From assembly GCA_039799905.1 (NCBI GenBank), contig JBDLRP010000021.1, positions 128,001-192,000 on the forward strand: a stretch of DNA of 64,000 nucleotides, in the 5' to 3' direction. Of this stretch, positions 19,136-28,321 are shown one piece after another (positions within the stretch are counted from its first letter, which is position 1; every line of letters begins with the position of its first letter). Position numbers and translations under genes: made by a program. The notes under the pieces are model-generated. The model made no database searches. It was not told the DNA's origin and saw only the letters and a program-made list of their open reading frames with translations. This DNA is from Pseudomonadota bacterium. Lineage in GTDB: Bacteria > Bdellovibrionota_B > Oligoflexia > Silvanigrellales > Silvanigrellaceae.

Positions 19136-20425
19136 CTATTGCGCAGAGGGCAACACTTCCGTGCGCACTTCGCCGAATCCGACCCGAACACCGTCCTTCT
19201 CGCACCAGCCCTTCATGATGACGGTGTCGCCGTCCTGAATGAAGGTGCGGGTTGTTCCGTCGGGCAGCGCGATTGGTTTTGTCCCCTTCCAACAGAGTTC
19301 CAGCATCGATCCGTAACTGTCGGGAGTCGGGCCGCTGATGGTTCCCGAACCATACACGTCACCAACCTCGATGTTCGTGCCGTTGGAGGCCATGTGCGCC
19401 AACTGCTGCGCCATATTCCAATACATATGTTTGAAATTGGTGCGGCAGATTCTCACGGCATCGCTCATCTGAGCAGACTTGAGCCAGACCTCAAGGTGAA
19501 CATCATACGCCTGCGGCCCGCTGCTCTGCAGATAAGGCAACACGGGAACTTCCTGTTCCGGACCATGAACGCGGAAAGGCTGCAGTGCATCCAAGGTCAC
19601 AATCCAAGGCGACAAGCTCGTTGCAAAAGTCTTGCCAAGAAAAGGACCGAGCGGAACGTATTCCCAGCGTTGGACATCGCGCGCCGACCAATCGTTGAGC
19701 AGCGCAAGCCCGAAGATGTAGTCATCGGCGCTGTTGACAGGAATTGTCTGACCGAGTTGCGTTTGACCGCCAGTAATGAAGGCCATCTCAAGTTCAAAAT
19801 CGAGCTGGCGGGTGGGTGCAAAAACCGGCGCCGGATCGGCATCCGCCTTGAGCTGCCCGTTTGGTCTGCGAAAAGGAGTGCCCGAAGGAATGATTGAACT
19901 GCTGCGGCCGTTGTATCCGATCGGAATGTGCAGCCAGTTGGGCAGAAGCGGATTTTGCGGGTCGCGAAACATCGCACCGACGTTGGATGCATGTTCACGG
20001 CTCGAGTAGAAATCAACGTAGTTTGCCACCTTGGTTGGCAGCAAAAGAGATGCCTCGTTCATCTTAACCAAAGCGCGAGAGTGCAAATCCGGCTGACTCT
20101 GCAGCGCATTGTTTCCTTGCGTAAAAAGTTCACCGACACGCAACCGCAGCGCGCGCCAGACATGCGCTCCCGCCGAAAGAAGCGGATTGAGCGAATCCGT
20201 AAAAACATGCTCACGCCGCAGGCCATTCACAGAAGATAGTAGGCCCGCCTCAAACAAAACAGCGCAGTCGATCACCCAATCACCGAGTGCGAGCGCCACA
20301 CGCGCATCCTTGACGACGGCGCTGCGGAAAATACCAAAGGGAAGGTTCTGCAAAGAAAAATCGGACTCCGCTGAAACGGCAATCCACGGACGTGAGTTCA
20401 TCGGGATGTGTGAAAAATTTGTCAT
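19136..20425 (-). CDS. fahA: Fumarylacetoacetase
   Basis: SDFSLQNLPFGIF, YVDFYSSREHA, LDFELE, NDWSARDVQRWEYVPLGPFLGK, GSGTISG; start reassigned to the ATG at 20425. Confidence 0.96.
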   Translation of the reverse strand: MTNFSHIPMNSRPWIAVSAESDFSLQNLPFGIFRSAVVKDARVALALGDWVIDCAVLFEAGLLSSVNGLRREHVFTDSLNPLLSAGAHVWRALRLRVGELFTQGNNALQSQPDLHSRALVKMNEASLLLPTKVANYVDFYSSREHASNVGAMFRDPQNPLLPNWLHIPIGYNGRSSSIIPSGTPFRRPNGQLKADADPAPVFAPTRQLDFELEMAFITGGQTQLGQTIPVNSADDYIFGLALLNDWSARDVQRWEYVPLGPFLGKTFATSLSPWIVTLDALQPFRVHGPEQEVPVLPYLQSSGPQAYDVHLEVWLKSAQMSDAVRICRTNFKHMYWNMAQQLAHMASNGTNIEVGDVYGSGTISGPTPDSYGSMLELCWKGTKPIALPDGTTRTFIQDGDTVIMKGWCEKDGVRVGFGEVRTEVLPSAQ

Positions 20426-20435
20426 AGCTGTTCTT

Positions 20436-21401
20436 TCAAGAAAGAAGTTGCAAAGATTTGAGTTCCTCAATCGGCTCATAAAAACTGCACGAGCCAAAAC
20501 TGCGCAGCCCCTCGGACCGCATGGAGCGGATGTCAGAAATTCCCGCGTGATAACCCTTCCAAGAAAGGCCATCTGCAGCAAAAATAATCGACTGCGGATC
20601 CTTTTCGCTGAGCAGCAGGATCAACTCCGTTTCAGAAAGCTTGTGCTTCCAAGAAAGTGCCGCTGCGGCAAAAACATTCAGGAAACCAAATAAATCAGCA
20701 CCAACGGAGGTATCAAAATGCCTCATCGGCAAATGCAGACCGGCTGTGAGCTTGAAGGGAATCCGCTCCTCGGACGCCGTACGGAATGCACGCGCCAGCG
20801 CTTCGGGTGAAACAATCGCGGCGGGAGTCAACCCGCCGGTTCTATATTTCAGGCAAACCCGTCCCGACTGCGAAAGATTCGCTTGATGTGCGGCATGTGC
20901 GAAATGAGCAAAAGGCTTGTTGAGGTTGACCTCCCAAAACAACGGCCCGTGCAGATTGAACTCATCAAAAACTTGCAACGCGGCATCCAAAAATCCGCGC
21001 GCGAGTTCCTGATCATGTGTGCCGAGGAGCTCTTCCGGCAGTGGCAGCTCGCATGAGTCCACAACCAATGCGTTGGGATGCGAATCAACAAACTTACGCA
21101 GCAACTGGGCGTCGCTGCGTAAAATGGAGAGTGCGTCGCCTATCGAAGCGGCCGAGCGGAACAATCCTGTCAGATGCCACGGGTTGTGAGTCTGTCCGGC
21201 TTCGGCCATCTCAGCCGCGGCACATTGGGCAAATTCACCAATACGGGCGGCTGGCAAAACGAACCTTGCGAGCAGCCACTCATTCGGGTCGTTCCTGCAA
21301 GCGGCGAACTCCTTAATCGCTTCATTCATAGGCAATTGTGCTGGAGGAAATACCCCAGCGTAGTCGAGCGAGCGCAACATCAACGTTTTTACAGCATTCA
21401 C
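20436..21401 (-). CDS. Conserved hypothetical protein co-transcribed with fahA
   Basis: GTG start with AAGGAG RBS; motifs DYAGVFPPA, KYRTGG, FKLTAGLH, FGFLN, SFGSCSFYEP; 10 nt upstream of fahA. Confidence 0.8.
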   Translation of the reverse strand: MNAVKTLMLRSLDYAGVFPPAQLPMNEAIKEFAACRNDPNEWLLARFVLPAARIGEFAQCAAAEMAEAGQTHNPWHLTGLFRSAASIGDALSILRSDAQLLRKFVDSHPNALVVDSCELPLPEELLGTHDQELARGFLDAALQVFDEFNLHGPLFWEVNLNKPFAHFAHAAHQANLSQSGRVCLKYRTGGLTPAAIVSPEALARAFRTASEERIPFKLTAGLHLPMRHFDTSVGADLFGFLNVFAAAALSWKHKLSETELILLLSEKDPQSIIFAADGLSWKGYHAGISDIRSMRSEGLRSFGSCSFYEPIEELKSLQLLS

Positions 21402-21540
21402 CGCGAGCTCCTTATCAATGGCCGTGTCTTTAGCTCGACAGCTCAGGCGATTCAATTGCCGCCAGCAATTGCATATCGGAGCATAATTGGTAGTCTGCCG
21501 GCGATCTTGGCCGGAATGCCTCGTCGATGGGAGACTTTAC

Positions 21541-23202
21541 ATGAAAAATTCTCTGCGTTTAACGCTCGCAATCAGCAGTTTTGCAATCGCCGCAGTCTGC
21601 GCCTCCGTCGCACTGCCCGAGGCACTCACGCCAAAGGCATTTGCCGCCGAACGCAGCGGAACATTTATTGAGAGTGTTTCGGCCAATCCGACCAGCCTCT
21701 TCCCATTGACCAACAACGACGGCGAAGTCGCGGCGGTGCAGGAAATGTTCTTTGAATCCCTGCTCGACCGCCACTGGGACACCTACGACTGGACGCCTAA
21801 TCTCGCGTCCAAATGGGAAATCTCAAAAGACGGCAAACAGTTTACTTTCACTCTCAACAAAAAAGCCAAATTCTCGGATGGCTCGCCCGTCACCGCAGAG
21901 GACGTAAAGTTCAGCTACGACATTATCTTCATGAAGGGTGTCATGGCAGCCCACTTGCGTCCGTACTATTCGGCAATCAAAAACGTTGAAGTTCTTGGCG
22001 CAGACAAAATCCGCTTCACAGTGGGAGAAGTTTACTACAAAAACTTCGACGTCGTGGCAGGCCTGACAGTGTTTCCAAAAAAGCACTACACAAAGCTTTA
22101 TGAAAAAGACAACTCAATGATGAAGGCCGAGGTCACCAAAGACCCACTGGGTTCCGGTGCTTGGCTACTGGAAAAATGGGACGGCAACCAACAGATCGTT
22201 TTCAAGCGCAACCCGAACTACTGGAACAAAGACGAACTCATCAAGCAGGGCCGGTGGAACTACGATCGCTACATCTATAAAATTGTGCAGGAAGAGCCTG
22301 TCGAGTTTGAGATGTTCCGCAAGGGTGACCTCACTTTCAAGGGCCTGACCGGCAAACAGTGGTCCAAACAAACGAACGGCGCTGAATTCAAATCGAAGCT
22401 CGTCAAGGTGAAGGCTGTCAACAAGGCTCCGACCGGTTACGGTTTCATTGGCTGGAACCAAAAGAATCCAATCCTGACGAACAAAGACGTCCGATGGGCG
22501 CTTTCGCACATTGCCGACCTCAAAACCTGGATCAGCAAAATCGAGTACGACATGGCCGAGCCAACGGTCGGACCATACAGCGTGAAAAGTGAACAGCACG
22601 ACTCCGCACTCAAGCCGATTGAATTTGATCTTAAAAAAGCGCGCGAACGACTCGCTGCAGCAGGCTGGACGAAAGCTGGCAAAGGCGGAGTTCTTGAAAA
22701 AGATGGTCAACGACTCGAACTGACCATCATTTATCCTCAGCAATCCAAGGAAACAACTGAACCCAAACTCGTCGACTTCAAACAAAAAGCTGCCAAGGTG
22801 GGTATTGCCATCAACCTCAAGGCTATCGACTGGACGACCTTCACCAAGTTGCTCGACGACCGCAAGTTTGACGGAGCCGCCCTCGGCTGGAGCCGGGACA
22901 ACGATGGTGACCTCAAGCAGATCTGGCACAGCGATTCAATCAGCAGCAAGGGCAGCAACTTCATCGGCTATTCGAACAAGGAAGTGGACAAGCTCATCGA
23001 CCAGCACCGCGCCACTCTCGACAAGCCCAAACGCATGGAGCTTGCACGCAAGTTGCAGAAGTTGATTTATGAAGACCAGCCCTACACCTTCCTCACCGAG
23101 CGTCTTTATTCACTCTACGCTCATCAAAACTATGTGAAGAAGGAAAAGGACACTTATAATTACACGATTGGCCGCGCCTTCTGGCAGATCACCAACAACT
23201 GA
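21541..23202 (+). CDS. Peptide/oligopeptide ABC transporter substrate-binding protein (family 5)
   Basis: Signal peptide; LASKWEISKDGKQFTFTL..AKFSDGSPVTAEDVKFS signature; NFIGYSNKEVDKLI. Confidence 0.93.
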   Translation: MKNSLRLTLAISSFAIAAVCASVALPEALTPKAFAAERSGTFIESVSANPTSLFPLTNNDGEVAAVQEMFFESLLDRHWDTYDWTPNLASKWEISKDGKQFTFTLNKKAKFSDGSPVTAEDVKFSYDIIFMKGVMAAHLRPYYSAIKNVEVLGADKIRFTVGEVYYKNFDVVAGLTVFPKKHYTKLYEKDNSMMKAEVTKDPLGSGAWLLEKWDGNQQIVFKRNPNYWNKDELIKQGRWNYDRYIYKIVQEEPVEFEMFRKGDLTFKGLTGKQWSKQTNGAEFKSKLVKVKAVNKAPTGYGFIGWNQKNPILTNKDVRWALSHIADLKTWISKIEYDMAEPTVGPYSVKSEQHDSALKPIEFDLKKARERLAAAGWTKAGKGGVLEKDGQRLELTIIYPQQSKETTEPKLVDFKQKAAKVGIAINLKAIDWTTFTKLLDDRKFDGAALGWSRDNDGDLKQIWHSDSISSKGSNFIGYSNKEVDKLIDQHRATLDKPKRMELARKLQKLIYEDQPYTFLTERLYSLYAHQNYVKKEKDTYNYTIGRAFWQITNN

Positions 23203-23241
23203 AACCTGTCACGGCACGTCGCAAGAGAAGAACTGCATCAT

Positions 23242-24306
23242 ATGAACTTCCCAAGCTATCTGCTGCGCAGATTCCTGTTGATGATTCCGACCTTCTTCGG
23301 AATCACGGTGCTCTGTTTCACCGTATTTCAAATTGCCCCAGGCGGACCTGTCGAAACTTACCTTGCAAAAGTCCGCTTTGCCGGCGGTGCGGGCGGTGGC
23401 AGCGGAACCGGCGAAAGCTCGATGAGTGGTACCGGAGCTGCTAGCAAATCGGTGACTGACGAAGTCGTGGAGGAACTCAAGAAGCGATACAACTTCGATA
23501 AGCCGATCTACATGCGTTACCTGCTTTGGCTTAAAGACATCGCGCGCCTTGAGTTTGGATATTCGCACACGCAAGGACAGCCCGTGCTTGAGGTGATCGC
23601 CTCAAAGCTGCCTGTCTCGATCATTTTTGGCGTGACGAGTTTCATCCTGACTTATCTGGTGTGTATTCCATTTGGAATTCTCAAGGCCCTGCGTGACGGC
23701 AGCAAATTCGACGTTGCCAGCAGCGGTGCTTTGTTTGTGCTCTACAGTGTTCCCGAATTCATGTTGGCGATTCTTTTGATCCACTTTTTCGCGGGTGGAC
23801 AATACTTTGCGTGGTTTCCCATCCAGGGACTCCACTCGCTGGATTGGGAAACGTTCACGCTTTGGGAAAAAATCAAAGACATCACCTGGCACATGGTGCT
23901 TCCGCTGATTTGCTACATGATTGGCAACTTTACAACGCTGACAATCCTGATGAAGAACTCCATCATTGAACAAATTAAGCAGGACTATGTGCGCTCAGCG
24001 CTCGCACGCGGCGTGTCGAAACGCACGGCAATTTTGAAACATGCACTGCGTAACGCTATTTTGCCCGTTTCCACGGGCTTTAGCGCAATTCTTCTCGCGT
24101 TCTTTGGAGGAAGCCTTCTTATCGAGAAGATCTTCAACCTCGATGGACTCGGAAAGTTGATGTACCAAGCAACGATAGAGCGGGACTACCCAGTCGTGAT
24201 GGCCGTCATCACCGTTGTTGCAGTGCTGGGTCAGGTTGCTTTGCTTCTGTCGGACGTGCTCTACCGAATCATCGACCCGCGCATCGATTTCTCTTCAAAA
24301 AATTAA
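23242..24306 (+). CDS. Peptide ABC transporter permease (OppB/YejB-like)
   Basis: YLLRRFLLMIPT, APGGPV, EAA-like loop YVRSALARG, KHALRNA, IDPRIDF. Confidence 0.93.
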   Translation: MNFPSYLLRRFLLMIPTFFGITVLCFTVFQIAPGGPVETYLAKVRFAGGAGGGSGTGESSMSGTGAASKSVTDEVVEELKKRYNFDKPIYMRYLLWLKDIARLEFGYSHTQGQPVLEVIASKLPVSIIFGVTSFILTYLVCIPFGILKALRDGSKFDVASSGALFVLYSVPEFMLAILLIHFFAGGQYFAWFPIQGLHSLDWETFTLWEKIKDITWHMVLPLICYMIGNFTTLTILMKNSIIEQIKQDYVRSALARGVSKRTAILKHALRNAILPVSTGFSAILLAFFGGSLLIEKIFNLDGLGKLMYQATIERDYPVVMAVITVVAVLGQVALLLSDVLYRIIDPRIDFSSKN

Positions 24307-24318
24307 GGCACGACTGCA

Positions 24319-25314
24319 ATGTCACCAGATTTTAAAAGACGCCTGCAACACTTCACACGATCAAGACGAGCGATCGTCTCGTTAGTTATTTTGTTTGTGA
24401 TGATGGTTTCCAGTCTGCTCGCCGAGGTGATCACCAACTCAAGCCCGATCATCGCAAAACTCAACGGGCGGGTTCTTGTTCCTGCTTACATTCAATACGA
24501 GCGTGAAGAGCTTGGCCAAGAGGGCGCCGGTGTCATCGATTACCGTGAGCTCAAAGATCAATTTGAATGGGCAGTATGGCCACCACTCAAGTGGGACCCC
24601 TTCGAGATTGACAGCGAACAAGCTGAATATCTGACGGCTCCTACAGAGCTCCACCTGATGGGAACCGACAGCGCGGGACGTGATGTTTTTGCACGTCTGC
24701 TCTATGGAACGCGAATTTCGTTTTTGTTTGGCATTGCCTACTGGCTTGTGACGTACGTTATCGGCATTACTGTCGGCCTGTTTACGGGCTTCGTTGGAGG
24801 CAATGTCGACCTGTACGGACAGCGGCTGATTGAGATTTTCCAATCGACACCGAGCTTCCCTTTGCTTCTCTTCATTGTTTCAATTGTGACACCGAGTCCG
24901 ATTGTTCTCGCATTGTTTTTGTGTGTTTTCGGCTGGACGGGCATCGCCCAGTACATGCGCGTGGAAGCATTGCGCAACAGAAACCTCACGTTCACAGAAG
25001 CCGCGGTTTCACTTGGCGCAGGACGTCTGCGGCTGCTCTTCACCCACATTCTCCCGAACAGCTTGATTCCGTTGATTACTTTTTCGCCGATCGCAATAAT
25101 CTCGGGTATTTACTCGCTTGCGTCGCTCGATCTTCTTGGTTTCGGAGTGCCGCCGCCAACGCCAAGCTGGGGTGAATTGCTCGATCAGGCACGCGCCAAC
25201 TACCAAGTTGCATGGTGGCTGGCCGTCTTTCCAAGCTTTTTCCTATTCATGACGATACTTTGCCTTAATTTTGTGGGCGAAGCGGTGCGCAAGGCTTTCG
25301 ACCCGAGAGCCTGA
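24319..25314 (+). CDS. Peptide ABC transporter permease (OppC/YejE-like)
   Basis: HLMGTDSAGRDVFARLLYGTRIS, EAAVSLGA, HILPN, PSWGELL, AFDPR. Confidence 0.93.
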   Translation: MSPDFKRRLQHFTRSRRAIVSLVILFVMMVSSLLAEVITNSSPIIAKLNGRVLVPAYIQYEREELGQEGAGVIDYRELKDQFEWAVWPPLKWDPFEIDSEQAEYLTAPTELHLMGTDSAGRDVFARLLYGTRISFLFGIAYWLVTYVIGITVGLFTGFVGGNVDLYGQRLIEIFQSTPSFPLLLFIVSIVTPSPIVLALFLCVFGWTGIAQYMRVEALRNRNLTFTEAAVSLGAGRLRLLFTHILPNSLIPLITFSPIAIISGIYSLASLDLLGFGVPPPTPSWGELLDQARANYQVAWWLAVFPSFFLFMTILCLNFVGEAVRKAFDPRA

Positions 25315-25363
25315 GCACCCCAGCGCTCACTCTGACCCACTCCACGTGACGAAGCACCGCGGC

Positions 25364-25406
25364 TGTTTCTTTGTGCAGTGTAACTGCGCAAAGAACATTC
25401 CTTTTT
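25364..25406 (+). terminator. Probable intrinsic terminator of the ABC operon
   Basis: 13-bp stem TTCTTTGTGCAGT / ACTGCGCAAAGAA (one G-U pair) followed by TTCCTTTTT. Confidence 0.55.
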
Positions 25407-25560
25407 AGAATATAAAAAAAAACTGGCCAGTCGGCTTGCGCGGGGCCATCCCATTTTGTAGGGTGCGCACTGAACCAGACATGTATCGCTCGCGAAGTTA
25501 AGGTCATTTGCGCCCATGACGGGCATAAGTCTACCCCTCTTCACGATGAAAGGGACCACA

Positions 25561-26727
25561 ATGACACGCGGCCAAAAAAACCAAATCCTCACAGGATCCC
25601 CGCTCATTGTTGCTGCTGCGCTCATGACGGCCTGCGGCACGGGACAAACCGATCGCGCTGTGCGCAAATCACATGGTCCCAATGGTCTTCTGACTTACGT
25701 CTCTTCATACAACAGCCCAGATGTTATTGAAAAAATCATCGGCTCCAACGAGCTCACTCCAGTTCTTCAGGATGGCGCGAACATTCCTGAAAAGTACCGC
25801 CCGCTCATCGACGCCTTCGGCAAAATCTCGATGGGATGCACGGCCACTCACATCGGTAACGGCTTGGTGATCACCGCAGGCCATTGCTTTGAAGCTCCCG
25901 AGCAACGCGTCAACAACAAACCTTGCGACAAAGTGACTGTCGACTGGGGTTACCGCAAGGACAAGGCTGCTTACCTCAAGTCGAAGTGCACGGTCATTTT
26001 GGCTGCCGAACTCAATGACGACCGCGACTATGCGATTTTCAAGGTGGACAACATTCCGCCAGTCGCACTCGAAGTAGACCTCACTGCCCGTCCTAAAACT
26101 GGCACTGCGGTGACTATTTTCGGACACCCGCAATTGCGCCCTCTTGAATGGTCCCAGACGTGCACACTCGAAAACGGCAGCAACGGAGGCTGGGGTAGCG
26201 ATGCATTCAGTCACCAGTGCGACACCGAGCCCGGCAACAGCGGCAGCACGGTTTTGGATGAATCTTCACTGAAAATTATTGGAATCCACGATGGTGGACG
26301 TGTTCCATGGAACTACGCGACGTACATTGTGAACACTCCAATCCGTGAGTTCATTGGCGACGCATCAACTCCAACGAATCCAAATCCAGCGCCGGTGCCG
26401 GCACCCGTTCCACCGACCCAACCCGGTGATCAGGTTCGCAACCTCCCGAGCCGTTCGTTTGGCCCGTTCTATCACAACGACACACGCACTCTCGTTGAGT
26501 TCGGTACAGAGCTCGGTAGAAGCATCAGCTTCATGCTCGACATCAACACCGAACCAAATGCTGATTACGTCAGGGTGACTGATGGCACTGGACGCTCGGC
26601 AGTGTTCTCGGGAAGACAGTCACGCACTTTCAAGCAACTGAGCTTGCCGGTTCGCGTTTCGTTCAGCTCCGATGACAGCGTCACATCCAGACGCGTCGCC
26701 ATGCGTAAAATTGTGGCATATAACTGA
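25561..26727 (+). CDS. Trypsin-like serine protease lipoprotein with Pro-rich linker and CUB-like C-terminal domain
   Basis: Lipobox LMTA-C; catalytic triad motifs TAGHC, DYAI and GNSGS; C-terminal TEPNADYV..FSG..VSFSSDDSVT pattern. Confidence 0.88.
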   Translation: MTRGQKNQILTGSPLIVAAALMTACGTGQTDRAVRKSHGPNGLLTYVSSYNSPDVIEKIIGSNELTPVLQDGANIPEKYRPLIDAFGKISMGCTATHIGNGLVITAGHCFEAPEQRVNNKPCDKVTVDWGYRKDKAAYLKSKCTVILAAELNDDRDYAIFKVDNIPPVALEVDLTARPKTGTAVTIFGHPQLRPLEWSQTCTLENGSNGGWGSDAFSHQCDTEPGNSGSTVLDESSLKIIGIHDGGRVPWNYATYIVNTPIREFIGDASTPTNPNPAPVPAPVPPTQPGDQVRNLPSRSFGPFYHNDTRTLVEFGTELGRSISFMLDINTEPNADYVRVTDGTGRSAVFSGRQSRTFKQLSLPVRVSFSSDDSVTSRRVAMRKIVAYN

Positions 26728-26774
26728 TTTAAGAACCCGCGAAGTTCCGACAAGGCACTTCGCGAGCCCTCCTC

Positions 26775-26811
26775 ACCGCACGGCGCACCGCGCTTTGCGG
26801 TTTTTTTTTTT
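26775..26811 (+). terminator. Intrinsic terminator
   Basis: ACCGCA...TGCGGT stem with an inner GGCGC/GCGCT stem and a long T run; a second 8-bp hairpin lies at 26738-26764. Confidence 0.8.
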
Positions 26812-26852
26812 CCTGCGATGATACCCCCGTTCCAAATGAGGGGTCGTGGCGA

Positions 26853-27287
26853 ATGCATCTCTATCAATGGTACATCGTTGTCAGCGCAATTTTGATTGTT
26901 CTCGAGATTTTTGCGGCGGGCTTCATTCTGTTGCCGATCGGACTGGCCGGTTTGTGTACGGCGGTGGTCGCCTACTTTAGGCCCGAACTTTGGCTGCACG
27001 CAGTCTTTTTTATCTGCGGTAGCGGTCTCGCGCTTCTTGCTCTCGGCAAATTCCGTGAGCAGATGAACCAAAGATCACCCGATCCGGGCGTCGGACCGGT
27101 TGGTCAGACGGGTATTATTGTGGCCCTTCCCGACGGAATCCGCTCATTCCAAGTCAAGGTGTTCGGAGATGTCTGGGAGGTAGTCGACAACTCTTTGTCC
27201 AGCCAGCAGTCTGCGGAACTCCAAATCGGCACAAGCGTCAGAGTGACCGCCGTGGCCGGAAACAAAATTACGATTCAGAAAATCTGA
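26853..27287 (+). CDS. NfeD-like membrane protein (YbbJ type)
   Basis: LIVLEIF..GF TM helices, GQTGIIV..VKVFGDVW OB-fold; upstream of an SPFH gene. Confidence 0.88.
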   Translation: MHLYQWYIVVSAILIVLEIFAAGFILLPIGLAGLCTAVVAYFRPELWLHAVFFICGSGLALLALGKFREQMNQRSPDPGVGPVGQTGIIVALPDGIRSFQVKVFGDVWEVVDNSLSSQQSAELQIGTSVRVTAVAGNKITIQKI

Positions 27288-27301
27288 GGAGGTTCACTGA
27301 C

Positions 27302-28321
27302 ATGGATTTTTTAGCGATGCTTTTTATCGCGTTTGCGGTCGTCGTGCTGTTTGCCATTGCACGCAGTATTTACGTCATCCGCCAGCAGGAATGCATGATC
27401 ATCGAACGGCTCGGACGTTTTAAATCCGTGCTGTTTTCCGGCCCGCAAATCATCTTACCGTTCGTCGATCAGCCAAGACAAATGCTGTGGGTCAAAAATG
27501 GCATCGTGCTTCCCCTCGACAGAATCGATTTGCGTGAAGTCGTACTCGACATTCCAGAGCAAAGAGTAATCACAAAAGACAACGTAGGCATTGTCGTCGA
27601 CGCGCTCATTTATACTCAAATCACCGACGTCCGGCGTGCCGCCTATGAGATTCAGTCGCTGCCGCTGGCCATCGGTCAGCTGACACAAACGACGCTCAGA
27701 AACCTGATCGGTGAACTCGAGCTCGACCACACGCTTTCGAGCCGTGATGCGATAAACACGCGTCTTAAAAATATTCTCGACGAAGCGGCCGACAAGTGGG
27801 GCCTCAAGGTCAATCGCGTTGAGCTCAAAAACATCATCCCTCCCATGGAAGTTCAACAGGCCATGGAAAAGCAGATGCAGGCCGAGCGTGAACGGCGGGC
27901 GCAGGTCCTCACTGCCGAAGGGCAAAAACAAAGTAGGATTCTTGAAGCCGAAGGCGAGAAGCAGAGCCGTATTGAAAGTTCACAGGGAGAGCAGCAGGAA
28001 AAAATCAATCAGGCGCTGGGCGACAGAGACGCACTGATTGCACGGGCAGATGGTCAGGCACGGGAAATCGAGGCTGTGGCGCGCGCACAGGCGTTTGCCA
28101 TCACCAGCGTTCGCGATGCCTTTGGCGACGCAAAGGTAGCCTCACAATATTTGATTGCAATCGAGTACCTGAAGCGCTTCGGTGAAATGACCAGCAAACC
28201 TAATGACAAAGTCTTCATTCCGTATGAGGCATCCGGAGTTCTCAGCTCACTGGGAGGAATCTCCGAAATGCTGCGCGCAACGCACACGAGCGGCGCTCAA
28301 CCCTCAACATCAAAGTTGTAA
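27302..28321 (+). CDS. SPFH/stomatin-like protein (QmcA type)
   Basis: IERLGRF, VITKDNV, QTTLRNLIGELELDHTLSSRD, AMEKQMQAERERRA. Confidence 0.95.
   Translation: MDFLAMLFIAFAVVVLFAIARSIYVIRQQECMIIERLGRFKSVLFSGPQIILPFVDQPRQMLWVKNGIVLPLDRIDLREVVLDIPEQRVITKDNVGIVVDALIYTQITDVRRAAYEIQSLPLAIGQLTQTTLRNLIGELELDHTLSSRDAINTRLKNILDEAADKWGLKVNRVELKNIIPPMEVQQAMEKQMQAERERRAQVLTAEGQKQSRILEAEGEKQSRIESSQGEQQEKINQALGDRDALIARADGQAREIEAVARAQAFAITSVRDAFGDAKVASQYLIAIEYLKRFGEMTSKPNDKVFIPYEASGVLSSLGGISEMLRATHTSGAQPSTSKL

Noticed and set aside
25423..25440. Possible sigma-54 promoter TGGC...TTGC before the protease gene
   Set aside because: GG-to-GC spacing is 11 nt, not the strict 10 nt
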